Shown: positions 38,201 to 49,500 of the stretch, in pieces
How positions within the stretch are numbered: the stretch's first letter is position 1
Layout: each line of letters opens with the position of its first letter
Assembly (NCBI GenBank): GCA_054600435.1
Contig: BAAIJX010000005.1
Location: forward strand, 1-64,000
Direction of reading: 5' to 3'
Origin: Neophaeotheca triangularis
Taxonomy: Eukaryota
DNA length: 64,000 nucleotides
Translations under genes and position numbers: made by a program
The notes under the pieces: generated by a model
Seen by the model: the letters and a program-made list of their open reading frames with translations, nothing else
What the model was told of the DNA's origin: nothing
The model's database searches: none

Positions 38201-38772
38201 CTCGGGAGACGGGACGATTTCCGCCCTTGAGCTTGCCTTCTTCCTCTCCCCGGCCATCCCCATCAACCTTCTGAGATGATGGGATCTGGTTTATTCTGGG
38301 GGACGTTCGAAGAACATTCCATCGTCTCCAACGTGACGTTCACATTCTGAAAGTAGACGGGAAGAAGGATCCCAGAATTGCAAGTATCATGGCTGTTATC
38401 GAATGTGTCAACCTCGACCAGTGTAAGGCATCAGGCGCGATTAGGACCATTCAAAGTACATCCACGGTATTGTATTACGGGTGGGTTACTGTACAGCTAC
38501 CATCATTAGACCAGTCTGACTCTTGCCTCCCTTCTCCTTCCCTTTTCGCTCTCGCCAGCGAAGAACAAATGCTAAACAACTACAAGCAAAAGAGTACCAA
38601 CCACGAACTAAAACCAAGGCCTGAACCAAGGGCAAAGAACAATAACAAGCCCAACTCGGCATAATTCACCATCCGAAGCACACCCCTTTACTTACTAAAC
38701 CAACCACATTCAACAAATGACAGCCTCTAGCGCAACCCCAGCACGATCCCCAACTCCCGACTCCCCCATTCA

Positions 38773-38775
<3 letters not shown>

Positions 38776-38808
<33 letters not shown>
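38776..38808. repeat. (CT)n microsatellite
   Basis: Perfect CT run. Confidence 0.9.
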
Positions 38809-38811
<3 letters not shown>

Positions 38812-39449
38812 CCCCACCACACTCCGAACAGACAACTCAAATTCAAATGCCCTACCTCCTCTCCAACTTCCTAGCGCTCTTCCTAGCCTACCTGATCCAA
38901 CGACTGCTTCCTCAGTTGCGAGAGAGACGGGTCCTAGTCCGCGAGCGGAAAGTCACGGCATGAGAGATTATCTAGTTTAGAAGCGCTTTTACCGTTTCTT
39001 AACCTTCTTTGCTCCAAGTGTAGATATTAGCGAAGAGAAGAGCAGGGCCGGTGTTGGAGTGGGCGAGACGCGGGGTGCAAGGGGGTTGAGTCATGTGTTG
39101 GTTCGGGTTGGAGGGGTATGGGGAGGATGGTGAGGCAATGGATGGGACGAGAGGGTGTCGAGGTCCTCTGGGGAGCTGTAGGAGCGGTCTTTAGTGATCG
39201 GAGGGGGGTTCTTTTTTCTCTTTGAACTCGAGGGGAGGAGTCGTCTTCTCGCTATCAACAGAGCCGCAGCCGTTTCCAATTACACCGACCCCGATGCAAA
39301 CACCAACGCTAGCATTACAATCCGAGAGAAGTCTAGGACCACCAGATCGAATTGCAACAAACACCGCTCGCCTCACCTACAACCGCGAAAAGGACCGCGA
39401 AAAAAGAAGTCCGCCTCTCCCACTAACATCCACCCGCTCTCTCATTCTC

Positions 39450-41669
39450 TCACCTCCCCTTCCCGCTCCCAAACCTCTTCAAACTCCCCCACCTGCCAAC
39501 CCCTCTCTCCCCAGTAATCCCCGCTCCCGCTCCCGCTCCCGCTCCAGTGCCAGTACCAGTGCCAGTTCCAGCCCCCGCCGGCAGAGCAGGCACCGCTGGC
39601 CTCGGGTGCAAATCCTCCTCCCGCACGCCCGCGCGCTGCATCAGATCGCCGAAAGTGGTGAACCGCTGCTCCCCCTGCTGTGGGGCTGAAGGGTGGAAAG
39701 CTGTGGTTGGGAAGTGCTGGGGAGTTGGGGTTGGGTTGGTGACGGTGGAGTTTTGGGTTTGGCTTTGCGGGGAGCTGAAGGGGGAGGCGAGGTTGCGGGA
39801 TGCTGTTGGTAGGGTGTTTGGGGCTGTTATTGCCGTGGCCGTTGTTGCTGGTGTTGGGGGCTTGGTAGGTGGTTTTGCGGCTCGTCGGGGCGGGCTGGCT
39901 GCGGAGAGGGTCGTTGTGTGCTGGGCTGGATGTAGGGGTTGGCGGGTCGGGGTGTCGTCGTCGGCGTTGGGGTTGATGTTGACGCTGCCGTTGTATGAGT
40001 ATGGGTACAGGATTCCTGCGGTCGATTTATGGGGGTTTGGGTTATGGTTTGCCGACGCTGGGGCGTGGGTGTAGCTGCCGCCGCTGAGGAAGGTCGGGCT
40101 CACGGGGGAGGAGTCTTCGATGGAAGAAACAGTTTGCGTGCTTGCTACGCTTGCTGCTCGAGGGCGGGAGAAGCGCTGCTGCTGCTGCTGTTGTTGCTGT
40201 GGCTGAGCTGCGTGGCGAGGCTGATGGGGAGAAATGTAGTCGCTGCCACTGCGGTCTACGCCGATCATTATTTCTTCTTGGCTTGGAGTCTTGAGGTGAT
40301 TGGGTCGCATGGGCCACATCCATCGCCCGCTCGCGCTGCGGCGGTTTTCTGAGATTGCGTTTGGGTTCGCTTCTTCCGTCATCCGGCGGTGGAGGGAGCG
40401 CTCGCTCCGCTGCTTGCGAAGTTCGCGAATCGGGGTGATTTTGTTTTTGCTGCTTGGGGTTGAGGTGTTGGTTTTCTGGAAGAGTGGAAGTACTGATAGG
40501 GTGCCACGTTTAAGGTGGGCAGGCAACGGTGGTTGGGTTGGTATTGGTGTTGATGGGTCGTACTTGAATGCTGGCGAGCTGAAGGTCATGTCGCTTGGAG
40601 ACCAGAGTTTGGTTGAGAGGCGTGAGAGAGCACTCTTAGGAGTAGCTGCAGCCTTTTCGCCAGAGGGTGAAGTAATTGAGGTAGTGTTGCCGAAGGATTG
40701 TAAGTCTTCCGCCTTCTCGTCGAAGGGCTGCATTCGTGGTGGTGTGCCCCTAGCAAAGTCGGTGCGATGCGTGCCTGTCACGTCTGTAACTGGCTCCGAG
40801 ATTGATCGACCGTGCATAGTTGGGCGGTACGACAGGGCGGGCGACGGTCCCAAAGATGTTAACTGATCGCGGGTCCTACGCTTCTCCTCGTCACTGTCGG
40901 CGTAGCAAGTGTTGCGCTTTTTGCGAAAGACGCAGAAGTAGAGCAGTAGTGCTATCAGTATGCCACCGATGAAGATGCCAGGCAGGAAGCCTGCCACGAA
41001 TGAGCGACCAGAGAAACCGTCACCATCATCGTGAGTCGTGCTTGCACTGGTAGGATCCGTATCATCACCCTCCGTTTCTTTGGTTTGTGCCCCTGCAGCT
41101 CCAGCAGAAGCCGTTTGAGGGGGAGAAGAGGTAGATACAGGCGCACTGACAGTAATAGAAGCCGTAGGAGCGCTCATGCTGGCACTAGGTATATTCGACG
41201 TTTTTGCGGCATCCTGCATAGCGTAGCACCTGTCGTCCTGGCATTGATAACCCATGGGACAGCAGTTCGAGCCACAGCTCTCCAACTCCAGCGTAGGCTC
41301 GGAATGAATCATATTGTCTGGCATCATGGTTGCGTTTTGAGCGCCTTGAGCGCATGTTATTGGCGCAATCACGGAGCAGTCGACGCCCTCCGGGCAGCAC
41401 AACACTGCGCTGGATTCGGTGGTATTGAGCTGTACGCATATTGTCGAAGATTCGCAGCAGAAGTCTGACGCGAAAGCTGCACCGCACTGAGAGAGGGCAG
41501 GATTGCCACCGCAGGTTGCAGAGCCATCGCCGTCCGCACGAGGAAATATGAGATGGCTGGCGAAGGTTGGAAGAGCTTTAAAGGTTGACGTTTCGGTTGG
41601 AAGGGCCGCGACCAGCGCGGGTAGGTAGTAAAGTGAGGCGATAACGGCGAGCTGAATGATGCGCTGCAT
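39450..41669 (-). CDS. Single-pass cell-surface protein with Cys-rich ectodomain, S/T stalk and long disordered cytoplasmic tail (Mid2/sensor-like architecture)
   Basis: Signal peptide MQRIIQLAVIASLYYLPALVAALP (ATG 41669; alternative ATG 41684), a Cys-rich domain (DFCCESSTIC...CCPEGVDC...CGSNCCPMGYQC), S/T-rich linker, and TM FVAGFLPGIFIGGILIALLLYFCVF followed by RKKR. Confidence 0.8.
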   Translation of the reverse strand: MQRIIQLAVIASLYYLPALVAALPTETSTFKALPTFASHLIFPRADGDGSATCGGNPALSQCGAAFASDFCCESSTICVQLNTTESSAVLCCPEGVDCSVIAPITCAQGAQNATMMPDNMIHSEPTLELESCGSNCCPMGYQCQDDRCYAMQDAAKTSNIPSASMSAPTASITVSAPVSTSSPPQTASAGAAGAQTKETEGDDTDPTSASTTHDDGDGFSGRSFVAGFLPGIFIGGILIALLLYFCVFRKKRNTCYADSDEEKRRTRDQLTSLGPSPALSYRPTMHGRSISEPVTDVTGTHRTDFARGTPPRMQPFDEKAEDLQSFGNTTSITSPSGEKAAATPKSALSRLSTKLWSPSDMTFSSPAFKYDPSTPIPTQPPLPAHLKRGTLSVLPLFQKTNTSTPSSKNKITPIRELRKQRSERSLHRRMTEEANPNAISENRRSASGRWMWPMRPNHLKTPSQEEIMIGVDRSGSDYISPHQPRHAAQPQQQQQQQQRFSRPRAASVASTQTVSSIEDSSPVSPTFLSGGSYTHAPASANHNPNPHKSTAGILYPYSYNGSVNINPNADDDTPTRQPLHPAQHTTTLSAASPPRRAAKPPTKPPTPATTATAITAPNTLPTASRNLASPFSSPQSQTQNSTVTNPTPTPQHFPTTAFHPSAPQQGEQRFTTFGDLMQRAGVREEDLHPRPAVPALPAGAGTGTGTGTGAGAGAGAGITGERGVGRWGSLKRFGSGKGR

Positions 41670-42335
41670 CTTTGCTTGAAGCATGGAAGATTTGAGTGTC
41701 GCCGTCCGAAGGAACTGTCGTCTAGATGTGTTGCAGAGAGGTACTGGAAGAAGAGATGTTGCCTCGAGCAATAGAAGAGCCAACGCAACGATAATGACAC
41801 CGAAAGAAAAGTGCGACTCGCGCAAAAGACACAACACTGGGAAAAGATTTCACCTACAGGTCGACAAAGAGAATCATAGGGAGGCAAGACAGTCTTACGG
41901 TAGGTAGGAGGAAGTGCAACACAGCCTTCCAAGTCGCGTGCGCGAACCATCCCTCCTCGGCACCGACTGAGTGGGCGCGATGCTGTAGCTGGGCTACTGA
42001 CGTGAAGCCATTTGCAGCAGCAAAGACATTGGACAAGGCGCTGTCTGACGGTCTATACTAGATTAGCTTGGGCGGTTGTGAGACGTTTGTTTCGTTCATG
42101 TCGAGGTGAAGTCCCTTGGAAGGCTTTCATTGGACGCCGACGCTACCTACCAACCTACCTACCAACCCTACCTACCTACGCATTTGAGCCGCTTGGTCCG
42201 TGTCCTCAAGCGGCGCTTCCAAGGTTCTCTCCCCCGATGGATTCCATCCAAGTTAGCATTATTCCAGCAGACAGCAGAATTGGCCAGCTTGGGTGGGATA
42301 TTCTCGTACAGTTCGCGATACCCAACATACCAGCC

Positions 42336-43375
42336 ATGATCACGAGACGGATATCAGGCGTCTTGAGCGGTCTTGCGGCGGCGGAGAGCGGTGGTGCTTG
42401 GACGTGTGCTTCTTGCGTAGGTCGTCCGCTCCGGTCGGCAGCCCTGCTAAGAGACCCTACTCTAACAATCCCTCTTTACAGCGTAGAGCATCTCGCCCCC
42501 TACCTTCGCAACGACAATCGCCTCTGACTCGCTTCCAACAAACGCGCTCCCTCTTCAACGTCCCCCGCCTCGCTCACAACGAAATCTTCGAACGCGATGG
42601 CGTACGGGGTCTCTACTCAGCCGCGGGCTACAAAATCGGCTGGAAGATGAACATGGCAGGCTTGACGCAAAAGCTAAACGAGCTCACTGCCGGCCTACCA
42701 GAGAATAACGCACAATGCAAAGACCTCGTATTACGTTATGCACGAGACCCCATGTCTGCATCACTCTTCAACCACGCTAGCATGGCGCACAATGTCGAAT
42801 TCTTCTACCGCGGCTTCAGCACCAAACCCCTAGAGCTCGAATACCAGCCTGGCTTGCAACAGAGTTTAGAGCGCTCTTTTGGCAGCATCGACACCCTCCG
42901 CACGACCATGTTGGACACGGCAGCGGGCATGTTTGGGCCGGGTTTCGTCTGGCTTGTATGGGCCAATGGTCCCGGGGGCATGGGCAAGAGCACGCAAGGA
43001 GAGGGCTGGCGCATTCTCAACACCTACAGCGCCGGCACCCCTTACCCGGAAGCCGGCTACAGACAGCAGAGCGTGGACATGAACAATCAACACACGCAAC
43101 CGCAAAACACTGCCGGGCAATTCGGTCAATATAGTCGGACTGCAAAGGACAATGCTAGGGTGCCACCGGGAGGCACCAAGCTCACACCAGTGCTGTGTGT
43201 CAACACTTGGGAACATGCGTATCTTCCCGATTTCGGGGTGGATAGGAAGAGGCTGTATTTAAGCGCTTGGTGGAATGCTATTGACTGGCACACGGTCTTT
43301 GAGAATGCGCCGCCGGGTGCGGCTAGGGGGGAGCCTAGTGCAAACAAGTTCTCCAGTAGCGGGTGGAGAGGTTGA
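42336..43375 (+). CDS. RSM26: Fe/Mn-SOD-fold mitochondrial small-subunit ribosomal protein (mS42/mS43; Rsm26/Mrp1 family)
   Basis: Exons 42336-42416 and 42482-43375 (GTAGGT...CTAAC...CAG). Presequence MITRRISG...WTCASC|RRASR, then LFNHASMAHN, SFGSIDTLR, MFGPGFVWLV and PVLCVNTWEHAY. The metal-ligand Asp is replaced by Asn, so it is not a catalytic SOD. Confidence 0.85.
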
Positions 43376-44273
43376 CGTTTACACAAAGGAGGCCGGCATG
43401 AGGAGGATATGGTGAGTGAAGACGCGGGATAGGATGAGGGGTGAGAGGAGCTTTGCATGCCTGAAGGCGAGGAACGCTGGGCCGGCGAAGGTGTTGGTGG
43501 TAGTGGAGGGGGAGTGTAGCAGCAGCAACGGACGACAAACTGGTAGACCGTCGGATCGCGGGGGGGAGGATGCGCGCATTTTGGCGCATCTTTGTACTGT
43601 AGTTTCACATACAAATGTACAACACGCATCCATCATCGGGAGGAGAAGGGAGGGAGTAGAAGAAGACTGGGGTAAGGCAGTCAGGCAGTCGATTGAGTGC
43701 GGCAACAAGCCCCCTTCCCCAGCTTTGCAAAGTCAACCCACCCCGCGAAAGCCGGCAGACAAGCGCCTAACACCGGTCTAATAAAACAAAGAAGCCATGA
43801 TTCAGCCGTTACATATACCTCGTCAAAGCTAGGACAAGAATGAAGAGGAAGAGTGGTGGCAAGTAATCGGATGGCCGATAAGCAAAAGTAACAGGCTCGC
43901 GAGCGGCTCGAAAGCGGCTTTCCAAAAGGCCAACGCCCTCCGCACCCACTATCCCGTTTTGGTTTAGAAAACCCCGTGGCGGGGGACAACGACAACGACA
44001 GCGACAACCTTAAGCCGGCCTTTCATCGACGTCGACCTCATTACCCTATACTTACCCTATACTTACCCTATAACCGGTGCTGCATTACCCCATGGCTAAC
44101 GCTATCAGCTCGCCCGCCCGCCCACGCCCGCCGTAGTTGCTCGCTCTATACAGTAGCCCGTTCCCCTTTCCAGTTGGCGGGCATGGAGAGTGCACCACGC
44201 ACGACCTGGCCTCGCCGTCTTGGATTCGCGACTATCGCCGGCTGCCTTCTTTCCTGGCCTGCCCTGCCCGCGT

Positions 44274-44310
44274 TATCCTATCCTATCCTATCCTATCCAA
44301 TCCAATCCAA
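44274..44310. repeat. (TATCC)n/(AATCC)n pentanucleotide repeat
   Basis: Visible tandem tatcc x5 followed by aatcc units. Confidence 0.85.
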
Positions 44311-44373
44311 CTGCGCACTTCCGACCGGGTGGACTCGTAAGTCTTTTGTCTTTTTTTGTCGTCGATGCGGTGC

Positions 44374-44481
44374 GATAAGTTCGTCGTGCGGAGAGGGTAG
44401 TAATAACTCAGTCTGGACCTCTGACTCTGAGCGATAGGCAGGCTTTGTTTGGTCGGGGTTTAGTGAGATAAGTTATATATA
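44374..44481 (+). promoter_or_regulatory. Cluster of three HGATAR sites plus a TATA-like box upstream of serine dehydratase
   Basis: GATAAG at 44374, GATAGG at 44433, GATAAG at 44467 and TATATATA at 44474, 240-350 bp upstream of ATG 44723. Consistent with AreA/NIT-2 control (inference). Confidence 0.4.
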
Positions 44482-44722
44482 CCCGGCTCGTCTCGTTGCG
44501 TCTCTGTGGTCCTGGTTTCTTTTTCACATCGAGTAGGTTGTTCTCTATTTCTCGGTTCAATTGTTCTATTCATTGTATCCCACATTGCTTCTCGTTGTCG
44601 TCAATCTATATCGACGGTCTCTCTACTCGCTAGGTGGCTCACATTGAGTTCACATCGCTCTACAATCCATCTCCCTCAACTATCAGCCGTTACCCTAGGC
44701 TCTCAGAGCACTCACGACGAAA

Positions 44723-46210
44723 ATGGCCATCAAAGAGCTTCCCGCCCCTCCTCAGCCCGAGAGCAAGCCTATCGAGCAACCACCATGGCGCGAAACGCCG
44801 TTGGTCGAATCTACCAAGCTGTCTAAGGCTGCCGGATGGTACGTTGTGACAGACACATTCCTTTCTAACGCACTCATCTCCATTTCGCCGACCCCCCCCT
44901 TCTTCGTCTTGCTGCACTCCCCGTGCATCCATGAAAACAACCCCCCTCTCATTGCTCCCCTCAGCAACCACGCCTCAACACAAACGATCCCGTCCCTCCA
45001 CCAACCAACCCAAAAACCGCACAGACCACTAAATCGCAGAAGCAGAATCCACCTAAAACTGGACCTCCTCCAACCCAGCGGCTCCTTCAAATCCCGCGGC
45101 ATCGGCCAACTAATGCTAACCCGGCTGGCCAACTCTCCCACCCCGGAGCGCATTCACTTCTACTCCTCCTCGGGCGGCAACGCCGGTCTCGCCTGCGTAA
45201 CCGCCGCGCGCGCTCTCAACCGCCCCGCCACCGTCTGCGTCCCTCTGACGACCAAGCCGGCGATGATCGCCAAGATCGAGGCCGCGGGCGCTTGGGAAGT
45301 CATCCAGTACGGCGAGGGACTGCGCGAGGCCGACGAGTACTTGAAAGACGTCGTCATCGGCGGCAAGCGGGATGGCGATGCCGTCGAGGCCGTTTACATT
45401 CCGCCCTTTGACGACCCGGAGATTTGGAAAGGCAACCAGACCGTCCTCGAGGAGATTACGCGGCAGATGCCCCGCGGCGTGGCGCCGGATGCTGTCGTCT
45501 GCTCTGTCGGGGGCGGTGGGCTGTTCAACGGCATCGTGCAGGGCATTCTGGAGAATTCGGCTGATAAGAGCAGGGTCGGCGCCGGCTGGGAGCGGACGCA
45601 GGTGCTGGCTGTGGAGACCAAAGGGGCGGATTCGCTGGGTACGGCGTTGGAGCGGGATGAGGAGACGACTCTGCAGAAGGTGACGAGTTTGGCGACGAGT
45701 CTGGGGTGTGCGAGGGTGAGTTGGAAGTGTTTTGAGTTGGCGAGGCGGTATGTGGCCGAGGGCATGGTCAAGACTGCGACGATGAGTGATGCCGAGGCCG
45801 CCATGGGTTGTTGGCGGTTTGCGGATGATGAGCGGATGATGGTGGAGCTGGCGTGTGGTGTGGCTTTGGCGGTGTGTTATGGGGGTAGGTTGGAGAGGTT
45901 TTTGGGCAGGAAGGTCGACCCAGAGGAGAATGTGGTGATTGTGGTTTGCGGTGGCAGCAATGTCAGTTCACAGATTCTCGAGCAGTGGAGGGCGGAGTAT
46001 GGGGCGGAGTTTGAGAACGAGGTTGATCAGCCCGTGGTCAGAGTCGACTCTCACTCGAATGAGGTTGAGGGTTACCCGAAGGCGGTCGACGGCTTTACTA
46101 CGGATGGGCATGTTGACGGGTATGTGGATGAGTATGAGTATGCAAACGGCATCAGTGGGTTTTCCAACGGCATCAACGGTTTTACGAACGACATTAGTGT
46201 CCAGGCTTGA
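44723..46210 (+). CDS. CHA1: Catabolic L-serine/L-threonine dehydratase (PLP-dependent)
   Basis: PWRETPLVES...KLDLLQPSGSFKSRG (PLP Lys), SSGGNAGLA, IPPFDDPEIWKG, CSVGGGGL, VVCGGS. Probable in-frame intron 44839-45042 gives AAGC|RIHLK. Confidence 0.9.
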   Translation: MAIKELPAPPQPESKPIEQPPWRETPLVESTKLSKAAGWYVVTDTFLSNALISISPTPPFFVLLHSPCIHENNPPLIAPLSNHASTQTIPSLHQPTQKPHRPLNRRSRIHLKLDLLQPSGSFKSRGIGQLMLTRLANSPTPERIHFYSSSGGNAGLACVTAARALNRPATVCVPLTTKPAMIAKIEAAGAWEVIQYGEGLREADEYLKDVVIGGKRDGDAVEAVYIPPFDDPEIWKGNQTVLEEITRQMPRGVAPDAVVCSVGGGGLFNGIVQGILENSADKSRVGAGWERTQVLAVETKGADSLGTALERDEETTLQKVTSLATSLGCARVSWKCFELARRYVAEGMVKTATMSDAEAAMGCWRFADDERMMVELACGVALAVCYGGRLERFLGRKVDPEENVVIVVCGGSNVSSQILEQWRAEYGAEFENEVDQPVVRVDSHSNEVEGYPKAVDGFTTDGHVDGYVDEYEYANGISGFSNGINGFTNDISVQA

Positions 46211-46513
46211 TCGACAGGCAGGCTTCGACTTTTTACGATTGGGATTGGTACAGGCGCACGCAATGTGGACGGGCATTTTTGGCAGATCTCTAGCATAATA
46301 TATGAGAAGGCGTAACGCTTCACACATTCAACGAAATTATTTGATTATTGAAGAGTCTATGCACGAGGTCGCCATGTGCCTTGGTCTCGACAGGGTCAAA
46401 CCTTTCTCTCAAAATACCCAATGCCGACAAACGCCTTGCTCAGCTTTGCTGCAAAATGCACGTCTCCAAAAACCCTCACCGATCGACCCACCATGAATAT
46501 GTCGATATCTGCA

Positions 46514-49500
46514 TCAAGCCACACTCCTCTCTGCCCTCCTCACAACCCCTTTATACCTCCATCGAACACTACTCGGCAGAAACTCCAGCACCTCCCCCAT
46601 CCTCGCACCATCAAAGGGCAGTCTCGTCCCACTCAAAGCCGTCATCACATAATTCGCCACAGTCGGCTGGGCCAAGGGCGTCTCGCGTAGCAGGGCCGCA
46701 ATCTCAGGCACAGACTTTTGTTGAAAGTGCCAGAGATGGTAGGCACGGAGGTTTGCAGGAGTGATTGTGGGGTTGGAAGAGTCGGAGCGGTAGGTTGTGA
46801 GCCAAGCTTCTGCTGCAGCTGTTTCGGGGGAAGACGGGATGGTTCTTTGAGGGGTCGATGACTTAGGAGGAGCGGAAGGAGCTGCTGCTGAGCTTGAGAT
46901 GAGGGTGTTGACGTTGTTGGCCTCGGCGTTGATGTTGAGCGTTTCCAGCGGCGGCAGCGAGGGGTACGTGATGCCTGAGAGAGGCACGCCGGCGTAGCTG
47001 TAGACTTCGTCTGCGTCATCTTGGGTTTCCACGGCGTCGAAGAACTCTTCGTCGTCCTCGTCTTCGGCTTCGGTGCCTTTACTCGCTGCAGCAGTCTTAT
47101 CTTTCATACCAGACTTAGGCATGACCTTCGTGCCATCACCAAGCACGAGCGGCTGGTGAAGTTCGTAGAAAGCAGGACGAGGAGGTGTCGGCTTCATTGC
47201 TTTCCTTTTGGTTTCCAAAGCATCGAACAGCCTGAACCCAGCGTATGCATCCGAAGCGGCATACAAGCATTGTTCGACATTCAGTCGCTTGGACCACGCA
47301 CTCGTCCGAACCTCACCCTTTCTGAGCGGCAAGTGTAAGATTTCCTCAACTTGCTTCGCCAAGCTCCAAGGTTTGCGATTGACTTTGTGTACCTCCTTTT
47401 CCGAGTATTTGACGACTTTGTAGAGGTGGCTCAGTTCAAAAAGACCCTGCATCTCGATACCGAAGCACTTTCTCAGACGGTTGGCATCCCCGACGACATT
47501 GACACCGGCTTTGACGACAGTGGGCGACTCGAGAATTAGACGCAGGCTAGGAGGCATCAGTTCGTCCACGGTTCTACCCTTGAAGCAGGCGATGTGGAAA
47601 AGACATATTTTGTCCTCGGCGGCAATCTGCACAAGAGAAACGTTGTCCTTGATGCTCGAACTGTCGAGTTTTGCGTATGTTTCCCACTCCAAGTCAAAGC
47701 CAAGCACTGGCTCGTTCAAGAACTTCTTCGCTTGGATCTCAGCTGTCTCGTAACTGGTGCAGTAATGATAGCGGGGCGTCTGACCCTCTGGGCCTCTGTA
47801 CAGTGTATGCTTCCAATAGGCTGCGCTTGTAGTAGGTGATGCCCTGAGGGCACCTTTGAAAACGTCTTCCGGTATTTGAAAAGTCGGCGGTGTATGCTCT
47901 TCATGCGGAGTACTGACTTCTGCATCAGCCACATTCTCTGTCTTGTCCGTTGTGGTACTCGAGTCTGAAGATTGTGCCATTTCTGGAGGGTTCTCGGCAG
48001 AATCGGTGGGGTCGGAGTTGGAGGAGTCTAGCAATTTTAAATCTCCAAGTTGCCGCGTGGAAGAGTCAATGAAGCTTACAGTTCCAGGGTGGTGAATAGA
48101 AAAAGAGTCTTCTCGTAAATGCTCGTGGGACCGCTCAAAGCCATTGGGAAGGAAAGCAACATTCACAGTTATGTTCTCTTCCAGCTTTGGCAGCAGTATC
48201 CCGGGGAGCTTGAACGTGTGTTCTGCCCGCATTGGCGCACTGGGTCGAAAGTTTAAGGACCTCTGACCGCTATAAGGGGCACGCCGAGGCTCTCTGTGCG
48301 GCCTTGATGTCGCGGCAGCCCTCGAGCGCAAGCGGGGAGAGGAAAGGCGGCTTGAGAGCGAGCTGACTGGGCTTGCTGTCTTGTCCACTTGAAAGTATTG
48401 CCTCATAGATTCGACAACTTCCTTTCGCTTTTCGGCGATGAGTCTCTCAATGGCTTGGTCGTAACGTTTCTCCTCCTCGTCGGCCTGTCCAAGGCTTTTC
48501 TTCACCAGTGCAGTGCGACGGACGAAGCTTTCGTGGACAAACTTGTTTTCAACGGTAGCTGCACGAGCATCGCCAATGATAGTCAACGATTGACTAACGC
48601 GTTTTCGGCTCTGAGCCCCTAGAGCCTGCTCCCCGATCTTTACCTGGATCTTTTGCACCATAAAGTCGGTTTGTTTGTCCGAATCAGTCTCGAGAAAAAC
48701 CGCCTTAGCACCGATATCTTCGTGACGAATCGCTATCAGCTCGTCTAGGTCTCGCAGTCTGCCTAGGTTTTTAGCCCAGTCCCGGAAAAAGGAATTGATC
48801 TTCTTGGAGTTGACCTGGCTCAAGGCCAACTCCATCAAGCGCGCCCAAGGCTTAGAAACTCCCTGAATATTCGCGGCGTAGCTGAGCTCGTTGTAGTCAC
48901 CGCGATTGCGGAGGCGCAACCATCTGATTAGATTCCTGTGGTCGTGAGCGACTCCGGAAAACTGTTGATATGCTTGTACTACCCCTCGCGTGAGATCACG
49001 ACTCGCTTGGAGTGCCTTCTCAGCCCGCTGCAAGTTGTCTGCGAGGTATTTCTTCACTTCTTTTACTATGGGAACGTGACGTCGAAGCAGCCAGCTCGCT
49101 TTCTGTTCCTCGCAAAATCGTTCGAAACTCTGCTGCGCGCCTTCCCAGTACTTTACTATATCACGACTGCTCGAAGTCAGCAAATTGTTGTCAATCGACA
49201 AAAGGCTTAATTCTTTCTGCAAATTCCCATAGATCTTGCGATAAGCGGCGTAGTTGGATCGACGCTGGGGCCGAGCTACCGCCTCGTTTTCTGCAATCCG
49301 AATGTCGTGAGAGTACTTGGCCTTGATTAGGCGAATCTCTTCGTCGTACTGTGATTGCATGGCGCGAACTCCATCCTCTCTCTCGGTGTTGAAACGCTGC
49401 ATGCGCTCCCTGAGGGCATCATTTTCGGCCTCGAGAGGTTCGACCCGATTCATGGCAAGCGAAGCACGCTGCATCTCAGCCCTGGCCGTTTCCTCAGCCG

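Noticed and set aside
42336..43375. Functional Fe/Mn superoxide dismutase
   Set aside because: The metal ligand set is incomplete (NTWEHAY), matching the SOD-fold mitoribosomal protein family.
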